Part shown: positions 1 through 8,080 of the stretch, piece by piece
Layout: each line of letters begins with the position of its first letter
How positions within the stretch are numbered: the first letter of the stretch is position 1
Assembly: GCA_964567665.1 (NCBI GenBank)
Contig: CAZMNN010000009.1
Span: 902-64,901 of the forward strand
Direction of reading: 5' to 3'
Origin: an uncultured Lentisphaeraceae bacterium
Lineage (GTDB): Bacteria > Verrucomicrobiota > Kiritimatiellia > RFP12 > UBA1067
Length of the DNA: 64,000 nucleotides
Notes under the pieces: model-generated
What the model was told of the DNA's origin: nothing
Database searches by the model: none
Seen by the model: the letters and a program-made list of their open reading frames with translations, nothing else
Made by a program: the position numbers and the translations under genes

Positions 1-1
1 C

Positions 2-655
2 GGTTCCATGGTCGATCTCGGTTCCCACCAGATAGACCTCTTCTTCTGGGCATGGGGCGTTCCGCCGTCGAGCGTGACGGCGATAGGCGGAACGGATGCG
101 TTCACGCCGCGCCGCCAGACGTACGACCGCGTCTACTGCATATACGAGTTCGCAATGCCCGACGGCACGAAGAACGAGGCCGTGTACCAGGTCATCTCCT
201 CCAACGCGCGCGGCGGATTCTACGAACAGTTCATGGGCGTGAACGCGGCGCTCACGATCGCCGAGATATCTGCGCGCGGCAATACCGTGCAGAGGGAGCT
301 TCGCGAGGGCGGATATTCGGACGTCGAGTGGCAGAAGTTCATAGACAAGGGCTGGATACTTCCCACCGAGGGCGACAAGGTGAAGAAGGAGGTCACGAAG
401 GACATAGCGGTCGATACGCGCATCTCCGCACAGGCGACAGGCAACCCGCTTGCGGTCGAGATGAACAAGCCTGCGCATATGCCGCATCTTGAGAACTTCT
501 TTGCGGCCTGCCGCCACGGGGCGAAGCTCAACTGCCCTGCGGAGCTTGCGTACGAATCCGCAGTAGCGGTCCTTGCGGCGAACGTCGCCGCCGATACGCG
601 CAAGACGCACTACTTCAAGCCTGAAGACTTCAAGGTGCCGCCGCGCAAGGCTTGA
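2..655 (+). CDS. Gfo/Idh/MocA-family oxidoreductase, C-terminal part (5' end lies outside the window)
   Basis: The ORF runs from the window edge to a stop at 655. The HQIDLFFWAWG motif matches the H-x-IDxxxW-xxG signature of the Gfo/Idh/MocA C-terminal domain. Confidence 0.6.
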   Translation, partial: GSMVDLGSHQIDLFFWAWGVPPSSVTAIGGTDAFTPRRQTYDRVYCIYEFAMPDGTKNEAVYQVISSNARGGFYEQFMGVNAALTIAEISARGNTVQRELREGGYSDVEWQKFIDKGWILPTEGDKVKKEVTKDIAVDTRISAQATGNPLAVEMNKPAHMPHLENFFAACRHGAKLNCPAELAYESAVAVLAANVAADTRKTHYFKPEDFKVPPRKA

Positions 656-671
656 ATTGCAATGTGATTTG

Positions 672-680
672 TGGTAGATT
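672..680 (+). promoter_or_regulatory. putative extended -10 element (TGgTAGATT) upstream of the TPR gene
   Basis: TG-n-TAGATT lies 35 nt upstream of the ATG at 715. It is one instance of a recurring TGGTAnAAT motif in this window. Confidence 0.3.
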
Positions 681-714
681 TACCGGCAACTTGTACAAGA
701 AAGGCATAGTCGAC

Positions 715-2109
715 ATGGCGAATGACGCAGCGGCCCAGAAGGCCCAGAATTTCACGAACCGGGGAAGGCAGGCTCTTGAGGCGAGAAAGTTCGATCTTGC
801 GGCCGAGATGTTCATGCAGGCGCTTGCCCTGGTGCCGGATGCGCTTGAGACGAGGCGTATGCTCCGTGCTGCGCAGATAGGCAAGTTCAAAAGCAATCCG
901 CCGAGCGCCCTGGCGCAGAAGATGCAGGGGCTTGGCGGCTACTTTGCCCGGCAGAAGGTGCTTGGCCTTGCGAAGAAGGGGCAGGGGCTTGAGGCGATGG
1001 ACGAGGCGGAGAAGCTGCTGATGCAGAACCCGCTCGATCCCGGCAACATCGAGTGCGCAGTGAAGGCCGCTGAGGCGGCCGGTAAGCCGGAGGCGGCCGC
1101 CATAACGATCGAGGCGGCGTACAACTGCGGCAACAACGATCCTGCGCTTCTCGAAAGGATTGCCACGTACTACACCATCGCCAAGCGGTTCGACAAGGCC
1201 CGTGACGCATACCAGAAGCTTTCGGCGCTCAAGCCGGGCGACCAGCGCATCCTTCAGCTTCTCAAGAACACCGAGGCGCAGGCCACGATGTCCGCAGGAT
1301 GGAACGATGCCGTCGGCAAGAAGGGTGGATTCCAGCAGCTTATCGCCAACAAGGAGCAGGCGAAGAAGCTCGATCAGGCGAACAAGGCGATGGTTGTAGG
1401 GGACGATGCGGATGCGCTCATAGCGGAGAAGCTTGCGCAGATCGAGAAGGAACCAGCCAACATGAACTTCTACCGCGCCCTTGCCCGCATATACACGCAG
1501 AACAAGCGGTTTGGCGAAGCCATCGCCATATTGGAGAAGGCGATTCAGCTCAACAGCTCCGATCCGGAGCTCGACAGGATGCTTTCGTCCACGCGCACGG
1601 CGGACTATGAGCATCGCATCGAGCAGCTCAAGGCCGAAGGCAAGACGGCGGAGGCCGAGGAGCTTGAGGCGGAGAAGAACCAGTTCGTGTTCGACGACCT
1701 CGCCGCCCGCGTGGAACGCTATCCGAACGATCTTCACCTCCATTTTGAACTTGGTCTGCAATACTACACGTACGAGTACTACGATGAGGCAGTGCAGCAC
1801 TTCCAGCTCGCGCAGAAGAGTCCGAAAGACCGTCTTGAAGCGCTCTACTACCTTGCGATGTGCTTCGTGCACAAGGGTCAGATAGACATGGGCGTGATGC
1901 AGCTTGAGACGGCCCGCGACCAGATTCCGACGATGGACGAACTCAAGAAGAAGATCGTCTACCAGCTTGGCCTCTGCGCCGAGCAGTCCGGCGATTTTGA
2001 GAAGGCGTACGCATACTACAAGGATGTCTACTCCACTGACGTCACGTTCGCGGATCTCAACACCCGAATGCTCGATGTGGCGGCGAAGTTGAAGAACGTC
2101 AAGTCCTGA
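715..2109 (+). CDS. tetratricopeptide (TPR) repeat protein
   Basis: A 465-aa ORF with multiple 34-aa helical repeats rich in A/L/Y/E. The ATG at 715 follows the upstream stop, and the gene ends 15 nt before rmuC. Confidence 0.75.
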   Translation: MANDAAAQKAQNFTNRGRQALEARKFDLAAEMFMQALALVPDALETRRMLRAAQIGKFKSNPPSALAQKMQGLGGYFARQKVLGLAKKGQGLEAMDEAEKLLMQNPLDPGNIECAVKAAEAAGKPEAAAITIEAAYNCGNNDPALLERIATYYTIAKRFDKARDAYQKLSALKPGDQRILQLLKNTEAQATMSAGWNDAVGKKGGFQQLIANKEQAKKLDQANKAMVVGDDADALIAEKLAQIEKEPANMNFYRALARIYTQNKRFGEAIAILEKAIQLNSSDPELDRMLSSTRTADYEHRIEQLKAEGKTAEAEELEAEKNQFVFDDLAARVERYPNDLHLHFELGLQYYTYEYYDEAVQHFQLAQKSPKDRLEALYYLAMCFVHKGQIDMGVMQLETARDQIPTMDELKKKIVYQLGLCAEQSGDFEKAYAYYKDVYSTDVTFADLNTRMLDVAAKLKNVKS

Positions 2110-2123
2110 TTTCCGGAGTTGGC

Positions 2124-3410
2124 GTGATTCAGCTGTTGCTTGTGTTCCTTGCGGTATTCTTCGCGGCGGCGTTTGCCGTCGCGATTCGTCTGCTGCTCAA
2201 TGCTCGCGCCGTAGCAAATGCCGCCGAACTGGCCAAGGTTGAGCTGGAGGGCGCGAACTCAAATCTCCGTGCGCTTCTTGCCGCGAAGGATGAGAACCTT
2301 GCAGTCCGCATTGCGGACAAGGAGCGTTCCTGCGCAGAGCGTCTTGAGGAGCAGCGCAACACGTTCAAAGCGGCGATTGAAAGCCTGAAGAGCGAGTTTT
2401 CTGCTCTCGCGGCGGAGAAGCTCGGGGAGAAGGCATCTGCGCTGTCCGAAAAAAACGCCAAGGACGTCAAGCCGCTCTTCGATGCGCTCAAGGAAAAGAT
2501 AGCGGAGCTGAAGGCCTCCGCCGAAAGTTCGCGGGAGGCGAACGTCAAGCTGGGCGCAGAGCTGAAGTCAACGCTTGGCGAGGTCGGCGAGAAGGCGCAG
2601 AGCCTTGGGCGTCAGGCGGAGAACTTCATATCGGCGCTCAAAGGCGGAAACAAGAATCAGGGCAACTGGGGCGAGGGCATTGTTCGCAACGCCCTCGAAA
2701 AGGCGGGACTGAAGCCAGGGTTTGACTTCGTGGAGCAGGAAGGCGTCTCCGGGGCAGGGCTGCCGGACTTCACGGTGTCTGTAGGTCTCCACCGGAAGGT
2801 GGTGATCGACGCGAAGGTGAACATTGACGCATTCCTTGATGCCGTCAGGGCTGCTGACGAGGGACGGTCGGCAGATGCGGAAAGCCTCATGAAGGTTCAT
2901 GCCGAAAACGTCCGGAGACAGATCAAGGGTCTTGCATCAAAGGACTATCCCGCAAGGCTCAAAGAGAAGGACGGGACTGCGGAGTATTCCCCGATAGTCA
3001 TAATGGCGATGCCGAGCGAAGCGACATATGCCGCCGCGCTGTCGTCGGATCCGAAGATAGGTGCGTTCGCCAACGAAAACAACATTGTCCTTGCGTCTCC
3101 GCAGATGCTTTTCGGCTATCTCGTCCTTTTCAAGATGGTGCTGGACAGGTTGAAGCTTGACCGCGACAGCAAGGAGATATCGAAGCGGGCCTTGCAGATC
3201 GTCACGCGCATGGATCAGGCCTTTCATGCGCTTGAGAAGGTCGGCAAGTCGCTTGAGGATGCCCAGACGCAGTATCATTTATCCATGAAGAAACTTGGCG
3301 GCGAAACCGGCGGGCTGAACGTCCTTGTGCCCGCCAAGGAACTGGCGAGGCTCGCGAATCTCGACAAGGAATGCAAGTCCGCCGCGATGAATCCGCATGA
3401 TGAAGAGTGA
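2124..3410 (+). CDS. rmuC: DNA recombination protein RmuC
   Basis: N-terminal hydrophobic segment, then a long coiled-coil, then an RmuC-type C-terminal domain with the GNWGEGIVRNALE motif. GTG start. Confidence 0.75.
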   Translation: MIQLLLVFLAVFFAAAFAVAIRLLLNARAVANAAELAKVELEGANSNLRALLAAKDENLAVRIADKERSCAERLEEQRNTFKAAIESLKSEFSALAAEKLGEKASALSEKNAKDVKPLFDALKEKIAELKASAESSREANVKLGAELKSTLGEVGEKAQSLGRQAENFISALKGGNKNQGNWGEGIVRNALEKAGLKPGFDFVEQEGVSGAGLPDFTVSVGLHRKVVIDAKVNIDAFLDAVRAADEGRSADAESLMKVHAENVRRQIKGLASKDYPARLKEKDGTAEYSPIVIMAMPSEATYAAALSSDPKIGAFANENNIVLASPQMLFGYLVLFKMVLDRLKLDRDSKEISKRALQIVTRMDQAFHALEKVGKSLEDAQTQYHLSMKKLGGETGGLNVLVPAKELARLANLDKECKSAAMNPHDEE

Positions 3411-3448
3411 GATGCGGCGGCGCGTTCTCGGTGCGTCGTGCGCAAGTA

Positions 3449-3457
3449 TGGTAGAAT
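3449..3457 (+). promoter_or_regulatory. putative extended -10 promoter (TGgTAGAAT) for prfB
   Basis: TG-n-TAGAAT lies 30 nt upstream of the prfB ATG. GGAAGAGG sits between as the ribosome-binding site. Confidence 0.35.
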
Positions 3458-3486
3458 ACGCAGCGGTTTAACTTGGAAGAGGTAGA

Positions 3487-4629
3487 ATGGCTGAAGAAAC
3501 GAAAGAGAGGCTTCTTGAAACTGAAGCCGTGCGCGACCGAGTGGGAGCGCTTAAGGCATCCGTGGCGGAGATGTCGGAATACATCGGCATAGAGGATCGC
3601 CGCAAGCGGCTCGCGGAACTTGAGGCTCAGCAGGCGGATCCAGATTTCTGGGGGAATCAGGCGAAGGCCAAGGACGTAATCGCCGCAACGAATGCGGAGA
3701 GGGCGTATACCGTGCCGTTTGACGCGCTCGTCAAGACCGTTGAGGATGCCGGCGTAATGCTGGAGCTGGCCGAGATGGAGGAGGGCGAGGCTCAGCAGGA
3801 TGCCCTCAAGGACACTCTCGCCGAATGCGCGAAGGCGGACGGATATTTCTCCAAGATACGTCTTCAGTCGCTTCTCGGCGGCAAGTTCGATGCCTGCAAC
3901 GTGTTCGTGAAGCTCCATGCCGGGCAGGGCGGCACCGAGGCCTGCGACTGGGTCTCGATGCTGTACCGGATGTACAAGCGCTATGCGGAAGACCAGGGAT
4001 GGAAGATTGAGGAGTACGACAGCCAGCCGGGCGAAGAGGCGGGGCTTAAGGATGTCTACTTCCGCGTCGAAGGCCCGTACTCGTTCGGGATGCTGAAAGC
4101 GGAGCGCGGAATACACCGTCTCGTCCGCATATCGCCGTTCGACGCGAACAAGCGCAGACAGACGTCATTCGCATCGATGGAAACCGTCGCGGAGATCAAC
4201 GATGACATCGACGTGGAGATCAAGGACGAGGATCTGCGCATCGATACGTACCGCAGCGGCGGCGCCGGCGGACAGCACGTTAACAAGACGGATTCCGCAG
4301 TGCGCCTCACGCATCTTCCCACAGGAATCGTGGTGGCCTGCCAGAAGGAGCGTTCGCAGCACATGAACAAGGAAAAGGCGATGAACATGCTCCGCGCCCA
4401 GCTGTACGAATACTATGAAGACCAGAAGAAGGCGGAGATGGATCGCTTCTACGGAGCGAAGAGCGAGAACGGCTGGGGCAGCCAGATACGCTCGTACGTG
4501 TTCTGTCCGTACACGATGGTGAAGGATTTGCGCACGGAATACGAGACAAGCGACGTGAACGGTGTGATGGACGGACACATCCAGCCGTTCATTGAGGCCT
4601 GGCTTCAGATGAAGGCCAAGCAGAGCTGA
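3487..4629 (+). CDS. prfB: peptide chain release factor 2
   Basis: GGQ motif (RSGGAGGQHVNKT) and the RF2-specific SPF motif (ISPFDANKRRQTSF). It is a continuous 380-aa ORF with no programmed +1 frameshift site. Confidence 0.9.
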   Translation: MAEETKERLLETEAVRDRVGALKASVAEMSEYIGIEDRRKRLAELEAQQADPDFWGNQAKAKDVIAATNAERAYTVPFDALVKTVEDAGVMLELAEMEEGEAQQDALKDTLAECAKADGYFSKIRLQSLLGGKFDACNVFVKLHAGQGGTEACDWVSMLYRMYKRYAEDQGWKIEEYDSQPGEEAGLKDVYFRVEGPYSFGMLKAERGIHRLVRISPFDANKRRQTSFASMETVAEINDDIDVEIKDEDLRIDTYRSGGAGGQHVNKTDSAVRLTHLPTGIVVACQKERSQHMNKEKAMNMLRAQLYEYYEDQKKAEMDRFYGAKSENGWGSQIRSYVFCPYTMVKDLRTEYETSDVNGVMDGHIQPFIEAWLQMKAKQS

Positions 4630-4710
4630 CGTATCCCGCATGGAAAGACCATGCAATCCTTGGTTTTGCCGTGTTGTCATGGTGACGAGCAAGCGCACAG
4701 GGAGAACCGC

Positions 4711-5355
4711 GTGACGGTCATATTGGCATCAGGCGCCGCACCGACGCATGAGATTCCGCTTTCACATCTGCGCACGGCGGATGGTCTTGTCGCCTGTGAC
4801 GGAGCCTGGCGGACGGCGATCGCCCTTGGACGAATGCCTGATGCTGTAGTCGGCGACGGTGATTCGCTTGGCGGCGGCGATCGGGAGGAGCTTGCCGCCC
4901 TTGGAATACCGCTTGTGATCGACAGCGAACAGGATACGAACGACCTCTGCAAGGCATTTCGCCATGTCATGTCAAAGTCCTCTGAGGATGGAGACGGCAT
5001 TGTCATCCTCGGCGCCACCGGCAAACGCGACGACCATATGATCGGAAACATATTCCACCTTGCTGATTTCGCAATGCTGAAGCCTGACGTATCGATTGTG
5101 ACGGATAGCGGAGTGTTCGAGCCGCTTCTTCCGCCGGGGCGATCCTGGCCGGCGTATGCAGGGATGCCTGTTAGCGTGTTTGCACCATTTCCCGATACCG
5201 AAATCGGATCAGAGGGATTGGAGTGGAAGCTGGACGGTGTCTCACTCAAGACGCTGTGGAGCGGAACGCTCAATAGGGCGACCGGGGATTCGTTTTCCCT
5301 GCGCACGAACAGTCCGGCGATAGTGTATCGTCCGCATCCGGGATGCGTCCGTTGA
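4711..5355 (+). CDS. thiN: thiamine pyrophosphokinase
   Basis: Shows the GDGDS, EQDTND and GKRDDH motifs that match the TPK GDFDS / (E/D)KD(Q/E)TD / GGRxDH motifs. GTG at 4711 is preferred because GGAG lies 6 nt upstream; an in-frame ATG at 4651 is the alternative start. Confidence 0.7.
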   Translation: MTVILASGAAPTHEIPLSHLRTADGLVACDGAWRTAIALGRMPDAVVGDGDSLGGGDREELAALGIPLVIDSEQDTNDLCKAFRHVMSKSSEDGDGIVILGATGKRDDHMIGNIFHLADFAMLKPDVSIVTDSGVFEPLLPPGRSWPAYAGMPVSVFAPFPDTEIGSEGLEWKLDGVSLKTLWSGTLNRATGDSFSLRTNSPAIVYRPHPGCVR

Positions 5356-5363
5356 ACTGCTTG

Positions 5364-5381
5364 GACCGCAGATTTGCGGTC
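5364..5381. promoter_or_regulatory. perfect 7-bp inverted repeat (GACCGCA-gatt-TGCGGTC), a candidate operator or weak terminator
   Basis: Read directly. It overlaps the -35 region of the nagA-like promoter and lies 9 nt after the thiN stop. Confidence 0.3.
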
Positions 5382-5390
5382 AGGCGTTTG

Positions 5391-5399
5391 TGGTATAAT
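5391..5399 (+). promoter_or_regulatory. putative extended -10 promoter (TGgTATAAT) for the nagA-like gene
   Basis: A consensus TATAAT with a TG two bases upstream lies 47 nt before the ATG at 5446. Confidence 0.4.
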
Positions 5400-5445
5400 T
5401 TGCCGCTGACATGCGGTGTTGGATGTCAGCAAGGAGGATGATGCC

Positions 5446-6363
5446 ATGATGGAGAAGTGGGTTGATCTGCAGGTGAACGGGTACGGCGGCGTGGATTTCA
5501 ACGCTCCCGGACTTACGGTTGCGCAGGTGATGGCTGTCACAGAGCGTCTTGAGCAGGATGGTACGCACGGCTATCTGCCTACGATAATCACAGGCAATCC
5601 TGAGACGTCGGTGCAGACTCTGCGTACGATAGCGCAGGCGCGCCGGGAAAGCGCCAGATGCGAGCGCAACATCCTTGGCATCCACCTTGAAGGGCCGTTC
5701 ATATCTGCGGAGCCTGGAGCCGTCGGAACGCACCCGATCGAGTGGGTGGCGAAGCCGTCCGTTGAACTCTTCGGACGTCTCCAGGACGCCAGCGGCGGCA
5801 TTGTGCGGATAGTCACCGTCGCGGCGGAGATACCGGGGATGTCTGAGTTCGTGAAGCGACTTTCGTCCGAGGGTATCGTTGTCTCCCTTGGACATCAGAT
5901 GGCCGCGACACCGGAGGATGTAGCCCCGTGCATCGAGGCCGGCGCAAAGGCGTTCACGCATCTCGGAAACGGCATCCCCAACATGATTCCCCGCCACAGC
6001 AACATCATATTCACGGCTCTTGCCGAGGATCGCGCCAGCGTCATGTTCATTCCCGACGGACATCATCTGCCGGACGCGATGTTGAAGGTCTACACTCGCG
6101 CTGTGCCGCTCAAGCGGCTCATCGCGGTATCGGATGCCCAGTACCCGGCCGGGATGCCGCCGGGCGAATATGATGTCTGCGGTGCCCACGCCAGGCTTGA
6201 GCCGAACGGCCTTCTGTGGAATCCGGCGCGGAACTGTCTTGTGGGCGCCACAACGCCCATGGCGGCCATGATGCGGCTTCTTCGCGACCGCATCGGTCTT
6301 ACCATGGATGAATGCATTGCCATTGGCCGCGAGAATCCGCTGGCGCTCATCGGGATGCGGTAG
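5446..6363 (+). CDS. nagA: N-acetylglucosamine-6-phosphate deacetylase-like amidohydrolase, TIM-barrel core only
   Basis: VDLQVNGYGGVDFN, YLPTIITG, LGIHLEGPF and GTHP align with E. coli NagA. The ATG at 5446 has a perfect AAGGAGG 8 nt upstream. The protein lacks both the N- and C-terminal beta-sandwich segments. Confidence 0.7.
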   Translation: MMEKWVDLQVNGYGGVDFNAPGLTVAQVMAVTERLEQDGTHGYLPTIITGNPETSVQTLRTIAQARRESARCERNILGIHLEGPFISAEPGAVGTHPIEWVAKPSVELFGRLQDASGGIVRIVTVAAEIPGMSEFVKRLSSEGIVVSLGHQMAATPEDVAPCIEAGAKAFTHLGNGIPNMIPRHSNIIFTALAEDRASVMFIPDGHHLPDAMLKVYTRAVPLKRLIAVSDAQYPAGMPPGEYDVCGAHARLEPNGLLWNPARNCLVGATTPMAAMMRLLRDRIGLTMDECIAIGRENPLALIGMR

Positions 6364-6609
6364 ACTGACTTTCGGTAAACTTCCTTCGACGATGCTCCCA
6401 CGCCAGATCTGCATACGATGTGTGTGGTGGTGGGTATCTCTGCTTGGCGGGTGGTCATCCACACGAGGACGGCGGTCGTCCGTATGGGATGGTGGTGAAA
6501 CTGCGCCGATAGATACCCCCCTGAATGCTTAAGCGTTCTCTGTGTGAGATAGAAACTCCCCAAAATCGAAAAATCCACTCACTACGAACTATTCACTGCC
6601 ATCTGTCAA

Positions 6610-7975
6610 CTGGTTTGTTGTTTTATTTAACGCAAAGAACGCAAAGAGAACGCAGAGGACGCAAAGGTTTTTGGGCTGGGATTGAACGGATTTAAAGGGT
6701 TGGTTTTTGCTTGTCTGCCCGCTACCCGCTACCATCTACGAACTATCAACTGCTCACTGCCAACTGGTTTGCTGTTTTATTTAACGCAAAGGGCGCAAAG
6801 AGAACGCAGAGAACGCAAAGGTTTTGGGATAGGATTGAACGGATTTACAGGGTTGTTTTTTTGTCTGTGCTTTGCGCTACCCACTACTACGAACAGCCAA
6901 CTACGAACAGCCAGCTGGTTTGTTGTTTTATTAACGCAAAGGTCGCAAAGAGAACGCAGAGGGCGCAAAGGTTTTTGGGATAGGATTGAACGGATTAAGG
7001 GATTGGTTTTTGCCTGTGCTTTGCGCTATCCACTACTACGAACAGCCAACTACGAACAGCCAGCTGGTTTGTTGTTTTATTAACGCAAAGGTCGCAAAGA
7101 GAACGCAGAGAACGCAAAGGTTTTTGGGATAGGATTGAACGGATTTACAAGGTTGTTTTTTGCCTGTGCTTTGCGCCACGCCCTACCGAATGGCGAAACA
7201 TCAGCCCGGCTACCGCATGGCGAGGCGTCTGCCCATCCGGCGGAGCGTCTGCCCATCCGGTAGGGCGCGACGTCCCTGTCGCGCCGGGTTGTATAGTGCG
7301 GGCGCGGAAGTTCGTTGCTTCCGCTGCGTGGAGTTCAGGAGTCCCGGAGTTCGTGGAGAATTGTGGAACGCCCTTACGTCTCCAAGCCTCCTAAACTCCC
7401 AGTGGCGAAAGCAGCAACACCCCTACGGCAACTGCTCACTACCAACTGGTTTGTTTTTTTTTATTTAACGCAAAGAACGCAAAGGCTTTGGGATAGTTAA
7501 GGGGTTGTTTTTTGTCTGTGCTTCGCGCAGGGCAGTTTCAGCCGAAAGAACTTTGCGCCTCTGCGTGAGGCATAAACTCCCCAGAATCGAAGAATCCACC
7601 CACTGCCAATTGATTGGTAATGGGTAGAGGACAGATAGGTAAAAAGAATAATCCTATCCAAAAACTTTGCGTTCTTCGCGCCCCTTTGCGCCCTTAGCGT
7701 TAAAATGAAATTACCACTGCCCGCGAACAACTGCCATCTGCTGACTGTTTGTTGTTTTATTTAACGCAAAGAACGCAAAGAGAACGCAGAGGACGCAAAG
7801 GTTTTTGGGGGATAGAATTGAACGGATTTAGGGGGTTGGTTTTTGCCTGTCTGCCCGCCAACAACTGCCATCTGCTAACTGTTTGCATTTTTCAACGCAA
7901 AGAGCGCAAAGAGAACGCAGAGGACGCAAAGGTTTTTGGGATAGGGTTGAACGGATTTAAGGGATTGGTTTTTGT
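6610..7975. repeat. noncoding repeat array of about 8 imperfect ~100-bp cores (~150-bp period) with iteron-like 10-bp subrepeats
   Basis: The core ctggtttgttgttttatttaacgcaaagaacgcaaagagaacgcagaggacgcaaaggtttttgggataggattgaacggatttaaagggttggtttttgc occurs at 6610, 6764, 6914, 7064, in degenerate form at 7446, inverted at 7641-7708, and at 7747 and 7870. No credible CDS is present. Confidence 0.85.
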
Positions 7976-8080
7976 CAGTGCATCCGCCCATATGGTATAA
8001 TTCATGGATATTCATTTTCAAGAAAAGCATGGTCGGAAAATGCAGAGTAGAATGTTCATAAAGGCTGGAGCGGCTGCGCA

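Noticed and set aside
610-1872. Long antisense ORFs (610..1872-, 10220..11530-, 14609..16045-, 34782..37181-, 60290..61843-, 61847..63628-)
   Set aside because: Each lies wholly antisense to a well-supported conserved gene (TPR, smc, PHP/purH', the LamG giant with murF, gdhA, rpiB-glyA). Their Arg/Ala/Gly/Pro-rich composition is typical of stop-poor reverse frames in high-GC DNA.
4651-4710. ATG at 4651 as the thiN start (track ORF)
   Set aside because: The RBS spacing is only 3 nt and the 20 extra residues have no counterpart in TPKs. GTG at 4711 has GGAG at -6 to -10 and gives a typical 214-aa TPK. It remains a possible alternative start.
6610-7975. CRISPR array interpretation of the repeat region
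   Set aside because: The repeats are about 100 bp long and imperfect. The intervening spacers are about 50 bp and homologous to one another. One copy is inverted. No cas genes lie within 25 kb on either side. This does not match CRISPR architecture.
6682-8000. ORFs inside the repeat array (6682..7083, 6711..6983, 7160..7468, 7749..8000 and others) as real genes
   Set aside because: They are translations of the periodic repeat. The same peptide motifs (GLVFAC, LTQRAQRERR) recur with each unit. There are no start-codon/RBS contexts, and the base composition is atypical.
6364-8080. Chromosomal origin of replication (oriC)
   Set aside because: There are no clustered DnaA boxes (TTATCCACA or its complement). 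No dnaA, dnaN or gyrB lies nearby. Only a weak partial match (tatccacta) occurs. The idea is kept only as a low-probability hypothesis under the repeat finding.
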